From Histomonas meleagridis 2922-C6/04-290x (Eukaryota > Protista > Parabasalia): a stretch of 64,000 nucleotides of DNA. The notes under the pieces were generated by a model. The model saw only the letters and a list, made by a program, of their open reading frames with translations, was not told the origin of the DNA and ran no database searches. The DNA is taken from assembly GCA_020184695.1 (NCBI GenBank), contig JAANOX010000253.1:1-64000 (forward strand), read 5' to 3'. Shown here one piece after another: positions 1 through 12,189 of the stretch; within the stretch, counting starts at the first letter, position 1, and each line of letters starts with the position of its first letter. The position numbers and the translations under genes were made by a program.

Positions 1-26
1 CGTCTTTAGGCATTATTGATAGATTC

Positions 27-677
27 ATGCGAACAATAAGAGATATGAATACTCCAACGGAAAAATCTAAACATCAATCACATGATGAAAAATACACATT
101 TATTACTCCAGAAAGAATGAAAAAGTTTCTGAATACTTACAACAATACTTACCATTCAGCCATCGGTTGTTCTCCAAAAGAAATGTTTGATAATAAAGAT
201 TTAGAAAAAGAATATATATTTAAATGTTTAGAATCTTCTGAAAAACAAAAATGTATTAAGAATTTAATTCTTCCTGTTGGCTCTTTTGTACGCTATATAT
301 TACCGCGTCATAATGGCATAACTAAAAAAAGATTTCAAATAAGTCGTGAATGTTATAAAATTGATGAACAGAAAGGAAACATGTACGTTTTAATTGCTCA
401 AGACGGAACGGTAATAACGAAACCAAGATTTAAATTAATACCGATTGGTAAGAATAAGCCTGATAATATTAAATGGGCGTCAACTATTCCTGGTAAATGG
501 GTTGGTTCTGTTGAGAAAATTTTATCATTTAACCCTAAAACGAATAAGTATAAAGTACTTTTTACTGTTCCTGGGAAACGTTCATATCAAGATGAAATTC
601 CTGCTTCATTTCTCCGCGGTAATACTCCTCATAAACAATCAGAAATTGAAAGAGAATTTTTTGCTAAACATAAATGA
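27..677 (+). CDS. C-terminal part of a retroviral-type (c-)integrase, Maverick-like; 5' part probably outside the window
   Basis: FLNTYNNTYHSAIGCSPKEM resembles the rve end motif YNxxxHSxIGxSP, followed by LPVGSFVRY...FQISRECYKI. Confidence 0.55.
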   Translation: MRTIRDMNTPTEKSKHQSHDEKYTFITPERMKKFLNTYNNTYHSAIGCSPKEMFDNKDLEKEYIFKCLESSEKQKCIKNLILPVGSFVRYILPRHNGITKKRFQISRECYKIDEQKGNMYVLIAQDGTVITKPRFKLIPIGKNKPDNIKWASTIPGKWVGSVEKILSFNPKTNKYKVLFTVPGKRSYQDEIPASFLRGNTPHKQSEIEREFFAKHK

Positions 678-697
678 TATTAATATTTATTTTTATA

Positions 698-778
698 CAT
701 GACAAACTAACTAACTAACTAACTAAAAAGAAACTAGCTAAAGGAAATTCAAAAATTGTTCCGTGAGTTTCTCCATTC
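698..778. repeat. ~80-nt motif with (CTAA)n, an inverted copy of 2161-2252 and 2357-2436
   Basis: CATGACAAACTAACTAACTAACTAACTAAAAAGAAACTAGCTAAAGGAAATTC...TGAGTTTCTCCATT is the reverse complement of the motif at 2161-2252. Confidence 0.85.
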
Positions 779-1035
779 ATGTGAAATCACTTGAAAATTG
801 ATGATTTACTCGACTAAACTCACAAATGAAATTAAGTTTAATTTTTAAAGTAGTTTTTGATTTTTTTAATTTGTATATAAAGAGCTAAATGGCGATTGTT
901 AATTTTTACATCAGAAGAACAAATTAATAAATACATTAACAGCAAAATCAATAAACTTGTTGTTGAACATCAGCAAGAAATCAAAAAGAAAATTATTATC
1001 TTCAAAAAGAATATACTAAAGAAGAATATGAAAAG

Positions 1036-2160
1036 ATGATAAATCAAATTTATTATAACATTCAACACATACCGGGTGAAATATTTAAATCTAAAAATGA
1101 ATTTATAACATCTGATATGCTCAAAGATCAATATATAAAAAAAAAAAAAAATGAAATTGAATTAATTGAATCAGATATGAAGAAAGCAGAAAATTTTCAG
1201 AAATTTTTAATTCAAGAAAGAAAAAAACTAGAAAAATATCCTCGGTGTAATCAAAATGTAATTGATAATTTGACAGAATACATAAACAAAACCGTTAATT
1301 ATTACCATCAAAATTTAATTCATGAATATTTTGACTTATTCGTTCATAAAGTCAAAAACATTTGTCCGAAAGATAAAGATTACTGTAAAACAATTGAAAG
1401 TGTGTATTTAAACAAAAACGGTAAGCGTGCGATGCAAATTCTTGATAAATTTTCACAAAGATTAATTAATGCATTAATTACAATTACTCTTTCGGTCAAA
1501 AATAACAAAACATCTGAATTTATGTTAATTGAAACGGTATTAAAGAATAAATTTAATAGATTAATTGATATTATGTATTTGTTTATATCAAATTTCATCA
1601 AAAAACAAATAAATATTATTCCTGACGCTCATGCGATGTCAAATTCAAAACTTGTGAAAACTTATGCTGAAACTTTAATGTTTCGTTTGAATGAATCATT
1701 GACTGATACACTTCCTGAACTTTTGAATGAAGAATTTACAGAAAGAGTTAATTATTTAAAAGAAGATTTAATAGCAACTAAATCATTTGCTGGAGTGTTA
1801 AAATACGACAATGTTGAAAAATCTACCGATCCTTTAGTTGAGGAAGTAGATGAAGATGTAGAGAGTGATTCAATAATTGTAATTCAAGATTCAAAGCCAA
1901 CTTTTGAGAATTTCTTAAAAACTCTCCCGGATGATGAAATTGAAGTTTCTGAATTGTGTTCTATGTTTAACAATTACTTCAACACTAACGTTTCAACAAG
2001 GAGCTTTTCAATGATGAATAACACTAAAAATCACTTTGATAAAAGATCGATTTTAAGAAAAGGAAAAAGAGAACCACATATTACACAAAGAAACAGTAAA
2101 ATGCAAGCTTTATTTTTCATCAGCTCCAGTAAACATGCAATATTCACGTCAAATCACTAA
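1036..2160 (+). CDS. Hypothetical protein, probably Maverick-associated
   Basis: Open 374-aa ORF with no recognisable motif, bracketed by inverted copies of an intergenic motif. Confidence 0.45.
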   Translation: MINQIYYNIQHIPGEIFKSKNEFITSDMLKDQYIKKKKNEIELIESDMKKAENFQKFLIQERKKLEKYPRCNQNVIDNLTEYINKTVNYYHQNLIHEYFDLFVHKVKNICPKDKDYCKTIESVYLNKNGKRAMQILDKFSQRLINALITITLSVKNNKTSEFMLIETVLKNKFNRLIDIMYLFISNFIKKQINIIPDAHAMSNSKLVKTYAETLMFRLNESLTDTLPELLNEEFTERVNYLKEDLIATKSFAGVLKYDNVEKSTDPLVEEVDEDVESDSIIVIQDSKPTFENFLKTLPDDEIEVSELCSMFNNYFNTNVSTRSFSMMNNTKNHFDKRSILRKGKREPHITQRNSKMQALFFISSSKHAIFTSNH

Positions 2161-2211
2161 AATGGAGAAACTCATTCAGCTTTTCCGAATTTCCTTTAGC
2201 TAGTTTCTTTT

Positions 2212-2246
<35 letters not shown>

Positions 2247-2460
2247 GTCGTGTTAAAAAATAATGAAAACACAACTTTCCACATAGCATTAACGACAACT
2301 CATCCGTTATCATCATCAGCTCCAGTAAACATGCAATATTCACGTCAAATCACTAAAATGGAGAAACTCATTCAGCTTTTCCGAATTTCCTTTAGCTAAT
2401 AACTTTTTTAATTAGTTAGTTAGTTAGTTTGTCATGCCTCACACATGTAAAAAATAAATG
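2117..2460. repeat. Direct duplication (~135 nt, about 2117-2252 and 2313-2450) containing (TTAG)n
   Basis: CATCAGCTCCAGTAAACATGCAATATTCACGTCAAATCACTAAAATGGAGAAACTCATTCAGCTTTTCCGAATTTCCTTTAGCTA occurs twice, each followed by (TTAG)n TTTGTC. Confidence 0.85.
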
Positions 2461-3101
2461 ACATCATGAATTTAAATATATTTAATTACTTTCAATCAAA
2501 ACCAACCGATTTATGAAAATCAACCGCGTTTGCACCGTTCATCCTTTAGTTTATGTAGCGCGGGTGGGAGCGAGTGCGTAGCACGAAGCTCACATAGCGC
2601 TGTGTGTGTGTGTGTCAATGAGCAATTGATTTAATTATTTCCATCCAACCTCCACATAACATTGTATATAGTTTCTTTTTATTTTAATTGCTCTGATCGT
2701 TGTAAAGATTAAATTTTATAAAATTTTAAAGTAATAAAACATAATTAATATGTAGAACATGACAATTCATAAAAATTTATATGCGAAGCAAATGATTTTA
2801 TTGATCCATTTATAAAATATTAATTATATCAAAAATGAATTTTAATGTAACATTGACATGAAATTTGTGTTGTAATTTAGATACGATTAAATTTTTCATA
2901 ATTTCTTAATTTTTGATCGTAATTTAGTTTGATATATAATAATTGTTTCTTTTAATTATAAGAAACATAAAATTTAAACTCTTTCCTTCTTGCTCCTAGG
3001 AAATTGCTTTGAAATTTATCCTCTGATATTAAGTTAAGTCTTTCTATCTTTTCCTTAATTTTATTTTCGGTTATCATTTTATTTATAGGGACGTGTAGAC
3101 G

Positions 3102-3353
3102 TTAAAAAATGATACCTGCATTCAAAAATGCAGATCTATCGTTAGAAGAGATTGTAGCAATCTCAAACGCCTTTAAATATTTATATATATAAATATTGTG
3201 TGCTTGCGAATTTTTCGGGAATGGTGAGATGATACATGGTTTAATATGCTTTAAAACGCCAAAAGTGACTAAATCAAGCATTTGAAAAAAATTAGAGGCA
3301 TGTGGCGGGAATGTGATCATTTTAATTTCGTTCAAACCCAATATTGTTTTCAC
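3102..3353 (-). pseudogene. pogo/Tigger-like (DDE_1) transposase fragment
   Basis: FPPHASNFFQMLDLVTFGVLK matches the DDE_1 motif LPPHSSHxLQPLDxxxFGxLK. Confidence 0.6.
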
Positions 3354-3789
3354 CTTATCTGATAGATGCGAACTACATCCATCGAGAAATAAAGTCGCCT
3401 CTTCATTCTGTAAATTTAAGGAATTTCTTGTGACAAAAGTGACAAAAAAAAGTACAATCCATTCCTCAAAGATTAACGAATTAATATACCCAGATTCTGA
3501 ATACCTCAGAATAACGTCGGTTCCTTCCCTTAAACCTTTTGCATATGATTCATTGTCTACTGTTTTCTCTGAATGGATCAGAACAGGTGTTAATACATCA
3601 CCTGCAGCTGAAATGTATTATAACATTGTTTGCAATTTTGTAGATTATTTAAATTTACTGGTGATGAATCTTGGTTCTATTGGGTATCTAATTATACCTC
3701 TCAATGGCTTCCTTTCTATTCACCGCGTCCAGAAAATTTGAAACAATTAATTAATAGTCGTATAACGATACTAGTATTTTTTTTTTCTA

Positions 3790-3930
3790 CGGATAGGTTT
3801 ATTTTAATACAGACTTTACCTAAAGAAAAAAAATTTGATTCCACATTTATGAATGATATTGTTCTTAAAAACATTCATAAGAAGGTGAGAGAAAGGAGAT
3901 ATGTAACTGGTACAAAAGGCTTGGGGATTA
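3790..3930 (+). pseudogene. Short mariner-like transposase fragment
   Basis: FILIQTLPKEKKFDSTFMNDIVL resembles the mariner segment between the first and second catalytic Asp. It is short and degraded. Confidence 0.35.
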
Positions 3931-4880
3931 AACAAACAATTAGAATATGTACGAAGCTTGGCTTGAAGTGCTGCAAAGACTCCTCGTGCTCCTCAAGACA
4001 AAAAATATCAAAGATTATATACATCACTGTGCAGTGGCATCTGTTAGAAAGTATGCACAAAAAATTGAGAATGGCACAGTACTTGGTTTTGATGGAAGCT
4101 GGTCACACACCAGAAACGCCTCACAATGTGTATCAACTTTCATTGATCTTTTAACAAAAAAAATTGTTTTATCACATTGTCGAAAATGATAATTATTAAA
4201 ATAATGGAAATTATTCTGGATATCTACAGGGTATGGAAACAGAATGTTTCAGGATATTAGCACAAAGGTGGTACAAAAATAAAAAAATTAAAGCTATATG
4301 CTAGGATACCGATAATGACCATAAAAACACGTTGCATAAATTAAAATGGAACATTAAAAATTGTGGTGGATTCAAATCACAATTTCAAGCAATTTATAAA
4401 ATGTTTAAGAAAAGCTCTCAAAAACCAAGATAACAAATATATTAATTCAATCGAAAAAAGTCTGCAAACCCACTTGTGGTATTTGTCTTGCAATTCTGAT
4501 TTAACAGAACCAAAAAAGAACTTTATGGTTCAAATCAGCAAAACATCTAACTGGCGATCACTCACAATGTGAACATTGTAATAATGAATCTAACAAAGAA
4601 CCGATTTATTTTTGCAATGAAGAAATTATCAAAATTCTGGAGCAAACTGAGAAATATCTTAATGAATGTGATCAAAATGCAAGCACTCAAAAGAATCATT
4701 CCGTTTTTTCAAAGCGAACTTTACGTCAAAAAATAAATCATGGAAAAATTTTTTCGCTGCTAGAATGCGCAATTATTTTAGGGAATGAATAATCATCTTA
4801 TTATATGGAATTTTTAAACGATTTAGATATTCGTTATCAGAAATGGCAAATTGAAGAGCTAGAAGAAATGGCGAAATAAG
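3930..4880 (+). pseudogene. Mutator-like transposase remnant (frameshifted, with stops)
   Basis: TVLGFDGSWSHTRNASQCVSTFIDLLTKKIV resembles the DGxW-type Mutator-like transposase motif. It continues in broken frames (DSNHNFKQF..., WYLS). Confidence 0.5.
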
Positions 4881-5005
4881 GATTAAAAAGTAAAACTTTT
4901 CAAAATACAATAGAAATTAAGAAGAAAAGGAAGATACAAAGAAAAAAATGAAAGGCAAACAAATCAAAAAGTTCGAATTATGAAGGATTCGATACTGGAA
5001 AATAA

Positions 5006-6921
<1,916 letters not shown>

Positions 6922-7630
6922 ATAACTAATAATAGATAAATAGTTCGTCGATAAATTACTCGATTATGAAAATCCATTTTAATCGCCAAAAAAGGACAAA
7001 ATTAAAGGGATGGTGCCGAGATAGCAAATAAGTAAACAAGAAAAAGGAAATATTATGTTTTGTCATCTATTTGATGCTTTTTAATATCAACTTGGATAAA
7101 ATCAGGTGAAGTGGCATATTTATTCAATATGACCATGTAATTTAAACATTCAATAATTTTGCCTTGCATTCAATTTTTTTTTTTGATGTGAAAAATTAAA
7201 ATTCCATTCCATATAAGCTGTATCAAAAAATTACATGTGATTAAAAATGATGGGGATAAATATGCATTTATATCATGAATTATAACAGAAAAAAATCATA
7301 TCAGAAATTATTAAAAATAAAAAAATCACCATATTTACTCATAAGTCAAGATGTGAATAAATCATACATAAGCGAATTATAATTTAACATAATTTTAGAA
7401 ATATTTTTGATTTTCAAAAAAATTTGATCATTATTGAGATCATCAAATAATTTGTACCTATAAGCTGAAAAAAATATGAAAATTGCTCAAATGTTATGCA
7501 TTGGCATGATCAAAACTCGGTTTATTTTGATGTAAATTCATTATTGCAAATCATAACAACAAGAAGATTTTATAGATTTCAGCACAAAAAACATAATAAA
7601 AATAAAAATTAAGCAATAATAGAATTAAAA

Positions 7631-7706
7631 TCTTGGCCAAGGCGGTGTTCGATTTGCACACTGTTAGTCCCTATTAGTGGTAGGCCAGACACCGCCTTGG
7701 CCAAGA
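7631..7706. repeat. 76-bp element with perfect 18-bp inverted ends (MITE-like or hairpin)
   Basis: TCTTGGCCAAGGCGGTGT (7631-7648) ... ACACCGCCTTGGCCAAGA (7689-7706). Confidence 0.85.
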
Positions 7707-7899
7707 CATTATCTGATGATTGTCGGTCACATAAATTTTTGATATCAACGGTTCATGTCAAATATTCGTCAGAATATGTCAAAATGTCATATCGGTTTCA
7801 ATTCAAATAATCCAAAATACCGAAAAAAATATGGGCTAATCGTTTTCGCCATGATCGGCAGATTCAAAAAAATTTTTTGCTGAAAAAGTTATGTTTGAA

Positions 7900-9290
7900 C
7901 GGTTATGAATGCCATTTTCTATTTTGATGGAAAGAATTAAAAGCAAAGTTACAGCTCTTATTAATGAGTGTAATAAAATTAACAAAACAACTTTCCCAAC
8001 GGGTATATTAGTATAACAGAATTTGTATCAAATGTTTCAAGAGAACTTAAATTACTTTATACTGCAGCTCAAACAAGTTGCTGTAACAGAAAATGTGTAT
8101 TCAAATGTACATTTCATGGAAGAAGATTAGGTATGATTAAAACCCATTGACCTTCTTATCTTGTTTTTATGATTACTTTCTAAACAATGTTCAATATTTT
8201 ACATTTGATCAGCTCAATTCAGAATTTCAACATAGTCATTCAATTTCTGACGATTTTTACAAAGCACACAGAAATATGTTAACTGAAAAGATCATAAGGG
8301 AGGTTTATCAACAACAAAAATTAGGTGTTCCTCCTGGAATTATCAGGACATATTTAAATATTGTAATGAGCTCAAATAATTTTTATAATCTCAGAAGAGA
8401 TATTATTCAACAAGAAAATTTTGAAAATCTTGATATGTTACTTAAAAAACTTCAAAATATTCAGAATTTTCATTTTATATTGCATATAAATGCTAATAAT
8501 GAATTTTATTTATTAACAGCAATTCATCTAAAAATAATTTACACAAATCATTGGAATGATGTAATTAATATCGATGATACACAATGTACGAACATTTATA
8601 ATATTATAATTGCAATAGTTACGATTGATCCTGATGACCATTCTCAAATTGTTTCATATGGTTTTTTTCAGATAAAACAGAAAATTCGTTTGAATTATTT
8701 ATGAATGATATTAAACAATTTACACAAAAAACAATTCGTTTAATTGTTATGGATAGATATATGGTCCAATTCAATGCGGCACATAATATTTTCCACAAAG
8801 CAATTATTGGACTTTGCTTAGTACACATCCAAAGAAATCTTGAATCTCTCCACAACAACGAATTAATGGATTTCTTTTTCCAAATGAAAAATAATATACA
8901 ACATTGTGAAAGCTTTATAGAATATTTGACAAATTAAATGAATAACATGGAAAATTCATCTGGAAAAGAACTATTAAGTAATAAAATTAATTATAGACAA
9001 CATTGGTTGCCATTGGATGTAACTTTAAAAGGCATTCCTATAACTTATTTGAATACAGAAAGAGTTGAATGTATTTTTTCGAAATTTAAATCGAATTACT
9101 TATTGAAAAATATTTACAGAATCATTTAAAAGATTGAATAATCTTTCCAACCTATTATTAATTCAATCAATTTGTTCAATAAACAATGTTATGGATAATA
9201 AATTTGAAATTAGAATTGATATAAAAAAAATGATAAAGTTGGACTTTAATATTAAAAAGTAATTATTTTGAGTTAATGGATACTTATTTG
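7900..9290 (+). pseudogene. MULE (Mutator-like) transposase pseudogene
   Basis: INIDDTQCTNIYN..., IVMDRY...LCLVHIQRNL and TERVECIFSKFK match MULE motifs (D-TYxTN, IxTD, C-xWH, TNRVESF). It is split over frames by stops and frameshifts. Confidence 0.7.
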
Positions 9291-9624
9291 TTGCTTATTT
9301 GGTTATATACAAATGATCAGACAATCATTTTTTAGAATGAAATATTTCAAGTATTGTCTTAGCATTTGGTCGATTTTTTTTTAATAGCTTTATAATTTTT
9401 TATTGTAGATTCATTTTTGCGTTTGTGGTTCAATTTAAAAAAAAAGATCCAGTCATTCTCATTCTATATTATATATAATCGAAATTTTAATATGACAAAA
9501 AGTAATATCATAAATGAGGATATGGGGAAATTATTTTTTATTTCCTAAAACCATTTATATCTAGAGATACAGAAAGAAAAGAATTAAAATTCCATTCAAA
9601 ATAAACCTCAGAAATTTGAGAATA

Positions 9625-9690
9625 TTGTACAATCGGAGTCGAACCGATGGTATTTAACTTGCAAAAAAGGATTATACCGCCAAGCTATAA
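9625..9690 (-). other. tRNA-like remnant (possible tRNA-Cys-derived pseudogene)
   Basis: Perfect T-arm ATCGG-TTCGACT-CCGAT on the minus strand, an upstream TTGCAA anticodon-like loop and a TAGC..GGCGGT D-like segment. The acceptor and anticodon stems do not pair well. Confidence 0.3.
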
Positions 9691-9870
9691 ATTTGATTCA
9701 ACAATCGGTTGAATATTAATATTTCTCTCTAACAGGTCCACCTAAATTGAATAAAAAAAATTGCTTTCACAATTTAGCCAACTTTTTGAAGGTCGTAAAA
9801 TATTTACAAACACAAAAAATAACGTTGCAGAGAACAAAAAACATTTAGTTATGGAAAGAGTTGACAGTTA

Positions 9871-11052
9871 TTATTGTATAATAGGATGCGAAATCATGTT
9901 CTTAAGTAATGCTGAGCCTGGTTGAATTGATTGTGCTTTTTCTTTGAGATTTGTATTTTCTATCTGTAGATATTTAAGCTCTTTCATAAGTGCAGAGATA
10001 TGTTGTTCATAATATTTCTGCATTTCGTCTTTTTGGTGTAATAATATTTCGCAATTTTCACGAAGAATTTGAATCTCCTTCTGTAAAAGAAGAGATTTCT
10101 GTCTGTAGAGGGTTTCAATAGTATCGTTTTTGTCTTGAAGAAGCTTTTTGTCTGCTTCAAGTTTCTGTATTTTAAGATCATAATCTGCTAATTTTGGTGG
10201 AATTGGAAGATTTGATATATTTCCGGTGCTGGAACGAGTACGTCGATGTTGAGGGAAGATTCCATCTAAGGATAATACACCTTGATGAGACGGTGTTTTA
10301 TTATCTGTATTTTGACATAATGATGGAGACTCGATTTTAAGAAGTCCGCCGGACCGTATTATTGGAGACTTCTGTTCGCCTAGCTTTGGTTCTTTGGATT
10401 TTGCTTGTAATGGAAGCAAATTTGTTTTTAACTGTTGAGGCTTTCGAACTGCGTTTGTGGAGGCTGAAACTGATGGAGGCTTGTTGCCTTTGAGCTCACA
10501 TTCATAGGCGATCATTTCTTTGAGGTATTTAAGATATCGAAAATATGCTTGATAATGAAATACTCGTTCGAAAAATGGGTGAAGCACATCTTTTGATACC
10601 CTTTGGAATGAAGCCATGAAAGATTTTGCATCGAAAGGTTCACCAGATACATCTGCAAAAGGTTGTTTCAAAACTTGAAGCGGAACCAATTTTTCTGTTA
10701 AAGACTCTTTGTTGCTAACATCAAATCCTTGAGCTTGAGCTTCGTCAATCATTAGTTTACTGAAATCGTCGTAGATGAAATGGACATCTTTTTCAATTTT
10801 ACATCCCAAAATCATTTTAAGCTTTTTAATCTTTGGGAATTGATTAGTGAAAAAGTCCTTTGCTATTTGTAGTTTTGATTCAGGGTCTGAAGTTGATAAT
10901 ATCGCACGTAATGTATTTGAGATTTGGACCACAAGACTTTTAACTTCTTCTGCTTTGCCAAATTTGACCTCACAAGAATAAGCTAAGTCTACAAGTGAGC
11001 CTTGCATATTTCTGAGTAGTTGTCGTAGATATTGGACCTGGGCTTGCTCCAT
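9871..11052 (-). CDS. Hypothetical protein with C-terminal coiled coil (probable start MEQAQVQ at 11052)
   Basis: Long open ORF with a heptad-rich C-terminus and no recognised domain. Confidence 0.65.
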   Translation of the reverse strand: MEQAQVQYLRQLLRNMQGSLVDLAYSCEVKFGKAEEVKSLVVQISNTLRAILSTSDPESKLQIAKDFFTNQFPKIKKLKMILGCKIEKDVHFIYDDFSKLMIDEAQAQGFDVSNKESLTEKLVPLQVLKQPFADVSGEPFDAKSFMASFQRVSKDVLHPFFERVFHYQAYFRYLKYLKEMIAYECELKGNKPPSVSASTNAVRKPQQLKTNLLPLQAKSKEPKLGEQKSPIIRSGGLLKIESPSLCQNTDNKTPSHQGVLSLDGIFPQHRRTRSSTGNISNLPIPPKLADYDLKIQKLEADKKLLQDKNDTIETLYRQKSLLLQKEIQILRENCEILLHQKDEMQKYYEQHISALMKELKYLQIENTNLKEKAQSIQPGSALLKNMISHPIIQ

Positions 11053-12189
11053 TTGATATTCTGAGCACAACAAAAAGCTCTTTAGAAAAAGTAAATATAC
11101 TTTTTGAATGTGATCGATGTCATAAAAAATGCTTCGCTGAAAATTCCATATAAAATATACCGTTAGTTTTACTACCAACGGCCAAGACATTGAATTGTTT
11201 GAAATTTATATACAATTTTAACAAATTCAGTTTTAAGAAAAATTCTGTATATAAAAATCATCTTTATGAAAAATTAAGTATAAAACGATGGTTTTTTCTG
11301 GTGAATTATGCTTCGAAGCTGACTGTCAGTTTTGGGTGAATGAAAACTAAAAAAGCCAAAAATATTACATTTTTTATAATGAAGACTTATAACGAAGCGC
11401 TTGGGTAAAGAAAACCCCTTGAATTCCAAAGATAATTTTTTACAGTATTAATATGCTTCAATCAAATTTTCATATTATCTGATCAAACATCTTTTACTAA
11501 TTTGGCGTGTTTTTTCACTTAAGGCATTTTAATTGTGTTTTTAATGAAAACAGATCATGTGTTATAAAGAAAATTGCTTGAAATTAGAAGTATACAAACA
11601 TGATAAAGTACAAATTAGATTCACTTGTATTAGGCTTATCGAACATGTTGCGTCCTACATTTCATACCAAAAGAAAATGATGTGCAAGACAAAAAGGTTT
11701 TGTGCTGATTGCCTGACAGTTTTTGTTTGACAAATGGTTTTTTTGGGTTTGCGGTTACGGTTTGGGCAAATACGATAATAAAAATTTTACAAAACCAAAA
11801 CCAACATCCGACAATCCACGCCTACACTATGCGTTAAACTATAACATGTTAAGGACATCATATTTTTACGGTGAAGTCAAAAAATGAGTCAATCCATAAG
11901 TCTTGGAAACTTCTTTAAGGAATACTTCTTGGGGAAATAAAGCATTCAATTTTTTTCAATAAAACTGTCAGTTCATTTTTTATGTCTTTCATGAACTTCT
12001 TTAAGCAATACTTCCTTAATAAGTTATAAGTTCCTGACCATCCAATTTGTAGATTTGATTTTAACTAAGCTCAAATTATTATAATTTAATGGTATTTGCT
12101 CGCCATTGTATTTCGAGATCTCAAAAACGCACATTCGCATTAATAATTTCTCCTTTCATATTCCAAAGTAAATCCAATTAATTTTTACT

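Larger units (their letters stand above)
1..2615. mobile_element. Probable right-hand part of a Maverick/Polinton-like element (integrase-like ORF, hypothetical ORF, repeated intergenic motifs, GC-rich terminal hairpin and (TG)n)
   Basis: Integrase-like C-terminal ORF at 27-677, an orphan ORF at 1036-2160, repeated (CTAA)n-containing motifs, and a GC-rich nested hairpin plus (TG)n at 2557-2615. The assignment to Mavericks is inferred from their abundance in parabasalids. No polB or ATPase is in the window. Confidence 0.5.
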
